Notes under the pieces: generated by a model
The model's input: only the letters and a program-made list of their open reading frames with translations
What the model was told of the DNA's origin: nothing
The model's database searches: none
Position numbers and translations under genes: made by a program
Shown: positions 1-1,406 of the stretch, one piece after another
How positions within the stretch are numbered: position 1 is the stretch's first letter
Layout of the letters: each line of letters starts with the position of its first letter
Assembly (NCBI GenBank): GCA_000004985.1
Contig: GG739429.1
Strand: one strand, 5' to 3'
Origin: Naegleria gruberi
Lineage: Eukaryota
Length of the DNA stretch: 1,406 bases

Positions 1-7
1 TTGTAAA

Positions 8-32
8 ACTGTAAATGTAATGAAAATAGTTT
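8..32 (+). repeat. Partial copy of the array/junction motif (GTAAA-TGTAA-TGAAAATAGTTT) at the window edge
   Basis: The 13-mer atgaaaatagttt at 20-32 is identical to 1024-1036. Both copies are preceded by tgtaaa/gtaaatgta-type units (3-19 versus 1006-1023). The window therefore opens inside a related repeat about 1 kb upstream of the main array. Confidence 0.55.
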
Positions 33-188
33 CGGATAAATGAAATTCTCAAGTTAATGGAAAGTTCATTGTTTTCTAAAAGGTTACGCCCACAATTAAT
101 ACAGAGGAAGATACGCGGTGTTAAAATGAGAGGGTGGTAAAAACCTCCCAGCGATGGCTGTGCAAAAAAACTCGGCTGATAATTAATA

Positions 189-219
189 CCTGCAGTATTT
201 TAAAAATAAATACTGCAGG
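189..219. terminator. Perfect 12-bp-stem inverted repeat (hairpin, or a dyad operator with 7-bp spacer); possible factor-dependent or weak terminator
   Basis: CCTGCAGTATTT (189-200) and AAATACTGCAGG (208-219) are exact reverse complements separated by TAAAAAT. The repeat closes a GC-richer island (about 90-188). On the + strand it is followed by CACCTATTATTCC, a poor U-tract. On the - strand no T-run follows directly. It is therefore not a canonical intrinsic terminator on either strand. Confidence 0.35.
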
Positions 220-367
220 CACCTATTATTCCATGCCGGAAGATTATGTATTATTATGTATCAAATGATTATTATTTAATACAAATTGTTTGCTTCATTA
301 TGATTAAACATTAAACTAGGTTTTATTAATAATAAATACTGTTAATTTATTCAACAAATAGTAATAT

Positions 368-381
368 ATATAAATAAACGT
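368..381 (+). repeat. Solo copy of the iteron motif (ATATAAATAAACGT), an exact 14-mer match to 954-967
   Basis: The 14-mer atataaataaacgt occurs at 368-381 and again at 954-967, where the tandem array begins. The solo copy lies inside a TATATATAAATA tract (TATA/-10-like) upstream of the + strand island at 414-660. A further degenerate copy, cgtaaataaac, occurs at 912-922. Confidence 0.8.
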
Positions 382-473
382 TAATATTTCAATAATGTCT
401 AATTCTGAGCGAAGTGAAGAATGGACTTGTTTTCATTGTAAACTTAATATTTTTCCATGCTCAAAAAATTATC

Positions 474-662
474 ACAATGGCCCCAACACCAACTACACCA
501 AAGAACAACAAGAAAACGAAAGACCTTAGCTCACCTTCTGCAGGTAGCTCCCACCCAATTAGTCCCACCCTTATTCAACCTTTTTTACGCTCTCAATGAT
601 TCTTGGTAAGTGTTCGTTGAAGTGAGGTTTCAGATATCATCGAATGATATCTTTTTTATTTT
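474..662 (+). ncRNA. Candidate small RNA (C-rich island plus intrinsic terminator); its coding ORF interpretation (414-599, 61 aa) is considered unlikely
   Basis: A composition island of about 45-50% GC sits in a background under 20% GC. It is C-rich and CA-rich (ccccaacaccaactacacc...ctcccacccaattagtcccaccc), with CCC-A-CCC motifs at 550-556 and 564-570 and CACCTTC at 532-538. It ends in the strong + strand terminator at 632-662. The overlapping 61-aa ORF is low-complexity (P/T/S/K-rich) and uses C-ending codons (GCC, AAC, GAC, AGC, TCC, CAC, CCC, ACC, CGC), unlike the neighbouring CDS. It also has no good SD. I found no clear sigma-70 promoter; the upstream TATA-rich tract at 360-400 is a possible origin. 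Confidence 0.3.
632..662 (+). terminator. Rho-independent (intrinsic) terminator
   Basis: AGATATCAT (632-640) and ATGATATCT (644-652) form a perfect 9-bp stem with the 3-nt loop CGA. The stem is followed immediately by TTTTTTATTTT (652-662). There is no A-tract on the 5' side, so it is oriented for the + strand. It lies about 33 nt after the stop of the 414-599 ORF and downstream of the C-rich island. Confidence 0.65.
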
Positions 663-767
663 AATTTCAATTTAGTTTATGCCTCCTACTCGCATCTCCT
701 AATTTTTTTCTTATCTTTACTAATACTATTGATAAGTTTTTTTATAAGAGCCATATTTATTAATCTC

Positions 768-847
768 GGGACCTGCTAATAAAGATTTATATCCATTAAA
801 GCAGGTCTCAAGGCTGAATCACCTTAAAGGTGAAACAGTCCCTGAGC
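768..847 (+). other. GC-richer structured island with nested hairpins (candidate structured RNA or protein-binding element)
   Basis: Hairpin 1 is GACCTGCT (770-777) paired with AGCAGGTC (800-807), with a 22-nt loop. Hairpin 2 is TCACC (819-823) paired with GGTGA (829-833), with loop TTAAA. Hairpin 2 is enclosed by CTCAAGG (807-813) paired with CCCTGAG (840-846), 6 of 7 pairs. A TTGATA-17-CATATT promoter-like pair at 729-757 lies just upstream on the + strand. No T-tract follows, so its role is unclear. Confidence 0.3.
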
Positions 848-955
848 TTTAATACCCATTAGTATAATTACTTGTTCTCAATCTTGTTTTTATTAATTTG
901 CAATGTAACAACGTAAATAAACTTAAAAAGACATTACTATTTGTAATTATTTGAT

Positions 956-1020
956 ATAAATAAACGTAAATAAATGTAAATAAACGTAAATAAATGTAAA
1001 TAAATGTAAATAAATGTAAA
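956..1020 (+). repeat. Tandem direct repeat, 10-bp unit TAAAYGTAAA in about 6.5 copies (equivalently a 20-bp unit TAAACGTAAATAAATGTAAA in 3 copies); iteron-like array
   Basis: Read directly from the sequence: taaacgtaaa | taaatgtaaa | taaacgtaaa | taaatgtaaa | taaatgtaaa | taaatgtaaa (961-1020), preceded by the partial unit ataaa (956-960). The period equals one helical turn and all copies are in the same orientation. The array ends 14 bp before the stop codon of the minus-strand CDS. Confidence 0.9.
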
Positions 1021-1034
1021 GTCATGAAAATAGT

Positions 1035-1349
1035 TTATTTTTCTTCTGCAAAAAGCTTTTTCAATTCTTCTTTGATAGCAGCGTGTTCTATTTTATCTTG
1101 TATTTCTAGTTTCTCTCGTCTTTTAGTGATATAGGAAGATACTTCAATAGATAATGCCTCTATTTCACCGAATTGATTTTCTAACAATTCCATCTTTTTC
1201 TTATTTTCTGTAATAATCTTTTGATAAAATTGCATACAATACTCATAAAAACCTTCTTCTAGCTCAACTTTTCTTTTTAAAGCATCTCTTTCTTCTCTAT
1301 CTGAAAGAATATCTGTTAATTCTTGTAAAAGTAATGAAGTTTCTGACAT
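1035..1349 (-). CDS. Hypothetical small charged coiled-coil protein (104 aa from the ATG at 1349); the true gene may be 5'-partial and extend past 1406
   Basis: This matches the 104-aa ORF in the supplied track and ends at a TAA stop (rc of 1035-1037). Its codon usage is AT-skewed and self-consistent (AGA Arg, TTA Leu, GAA, AAA). The product is E/K/L-rich with heptad-like character (ELLENQFGEIEALSIEVSSYITKRREKLEIQDKIEHAAIKEELKKL), i.e. predicted coiled coil. The 19 in-frame codons upstream of the ATG (1350-1406, LSKKAVKAIKTDNEQNDYT) contain no stop, and there is no purine-rich SD within 15 nt of the ATG at 1349. The reading frame may therefore start outside the window. I recognise no family from the sequence. 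Confidence 0.7.
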   Translation of the reverse strand: MSETSLLLQELTDILSDREERDALKRKVELEEGFYEYCMQFYQKIITENKKKMELLENQFGEIEALSIEVSSYITKRREKLEIQDKIEHAAIKEELKKLFAEEK

Positions 1350-1406
1350 AGTATAATCGTTTTGTTCATTATCTGTCTTGATAGCTTTAACAGCTTTCTT
1401 TGATAA

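Noticed and set aside
126-140. Tiny ORF ATGAGAGGGTGGTAA (MRGW*) downstream of GAGGAAG as a leader peptide
   Set aside because: The spacing from the purine-rich stretch to the ATG is about 16 nt, which is too long. Such 4-codon ORFs occur by chance, and there is no attenuator-like alternative pairing to support it.
190-544. Recurrent CTGCAGG (PstI-containing) heptamer at 190-196 (reverse-complement orientation), 213-219 and 538-544 as a dispersed motif
   Set aside because: Two of the three copies are simply the two arms of the inverted repeat. One further 7-mer match in 1.4 kb is within chance expectation.
414-599. 61-aa ORF from the six-frame track as a real protein-coding gene
   Set aside because: The product is low-complexity and P/T/S-rich. 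Its C-ending codon usage contradicts the AT-skewed usage of the adjacent CDS. It has no convincing SD; only gaagtgaaga precedes the ATG. It more likely reflects a C-rich non-coding RNA or DNA element. It is kept only as a low-probability alternative.
682-687. Strong SD-like AGGAGG (plus a nearby AGGAG) on the minus strand (rc of CCTCCT at 682-687) as the RBS of a minus-strand gene
   Set aside because: No ATG, GTG or TTG followed by an open frame of meaningful length lies 5-10 nt downstream on the minus strand. Stops appear within a few codons.
768-847. tRNA or tmRNA-like gene in the GC-richer island
   Set aside because: There is no acceptor stem/T-arm arrangement and no GTTCRANYC-type T-loop or anticodon-arm geometry. 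The helices are nested hairpins, not a cloverleaf.
956-1020. Possible CRISPR array
   Set aside because: The units are 10 bp and directly abutting, with no spacers. CRISPR repeats are 24-48 bp and separated by unique spacers of similar length. This is a simple tandem (iteron-like) repeat.
1-1406. Eukaryotic (yeast-like) origin suggested by the MSETS N-terminus, A at -3 of the ATG and TATATATAAATA box
   Set aside because: A canonical bacterial intrinsic terminator sits at 632-662, with a perfect stem and a T-run. The dense hairpin/iteron architecture and AGA/TTA codon bias fit a low-GC bacterium, plasmid or phage equally well. I cannot fully exclude a eukaryotic origin from the sequence alone.

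Overview
The window is very AT-rich (about 25% GC overall, under 20% in the spacers) and looks like a low-GC bacterial, plasmid or phage locus. About 1 kb (1-1034) has no convincing ORF on either strand. The only solid CDS is a leftward gene (1035-1349, possibly running past the window edge) encoding a small E/K-rich coiled-coil protein with no family I recognise. Several structured elements stand out in the ORF-free region. A perfect 12-bp-stem inverted repeat sits at 189-219. A GC/C-rich island at about 474-600 includes a C3-A-C3-N7-C3-A-C3 tract, which is a canonical G-quadruplex motif on the minus strand. That island ends in a textbook Rho-independent terminator at 632-662, making it a candidate small RNA locus. 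A second GC-richer island with nested hairpins lies at 768-847. Six and a half copies of a 10-bp head-to-tail repeat (TAAAYGTAAA, 956-1020) abut the stop codon of the coiled-coil gene, which resembles an iteron array. A 14-bp exact solo copy of the repeat motif sits in a TATA-rich promoter-like tract at 368-381. A partial copy of the array/junction motif sits at the window start (8-32), so the ORF-free region is bracketed by direct repeats about 1 kb apart. No toxin, nuclease, recombinase or other system-defining protein is visible. The interesting content is therefore non-coding: an iteron-like array with a solo operator-like copy, a possible sRNA and structured RNA islands. All functional calls are hypotheses to be tested.
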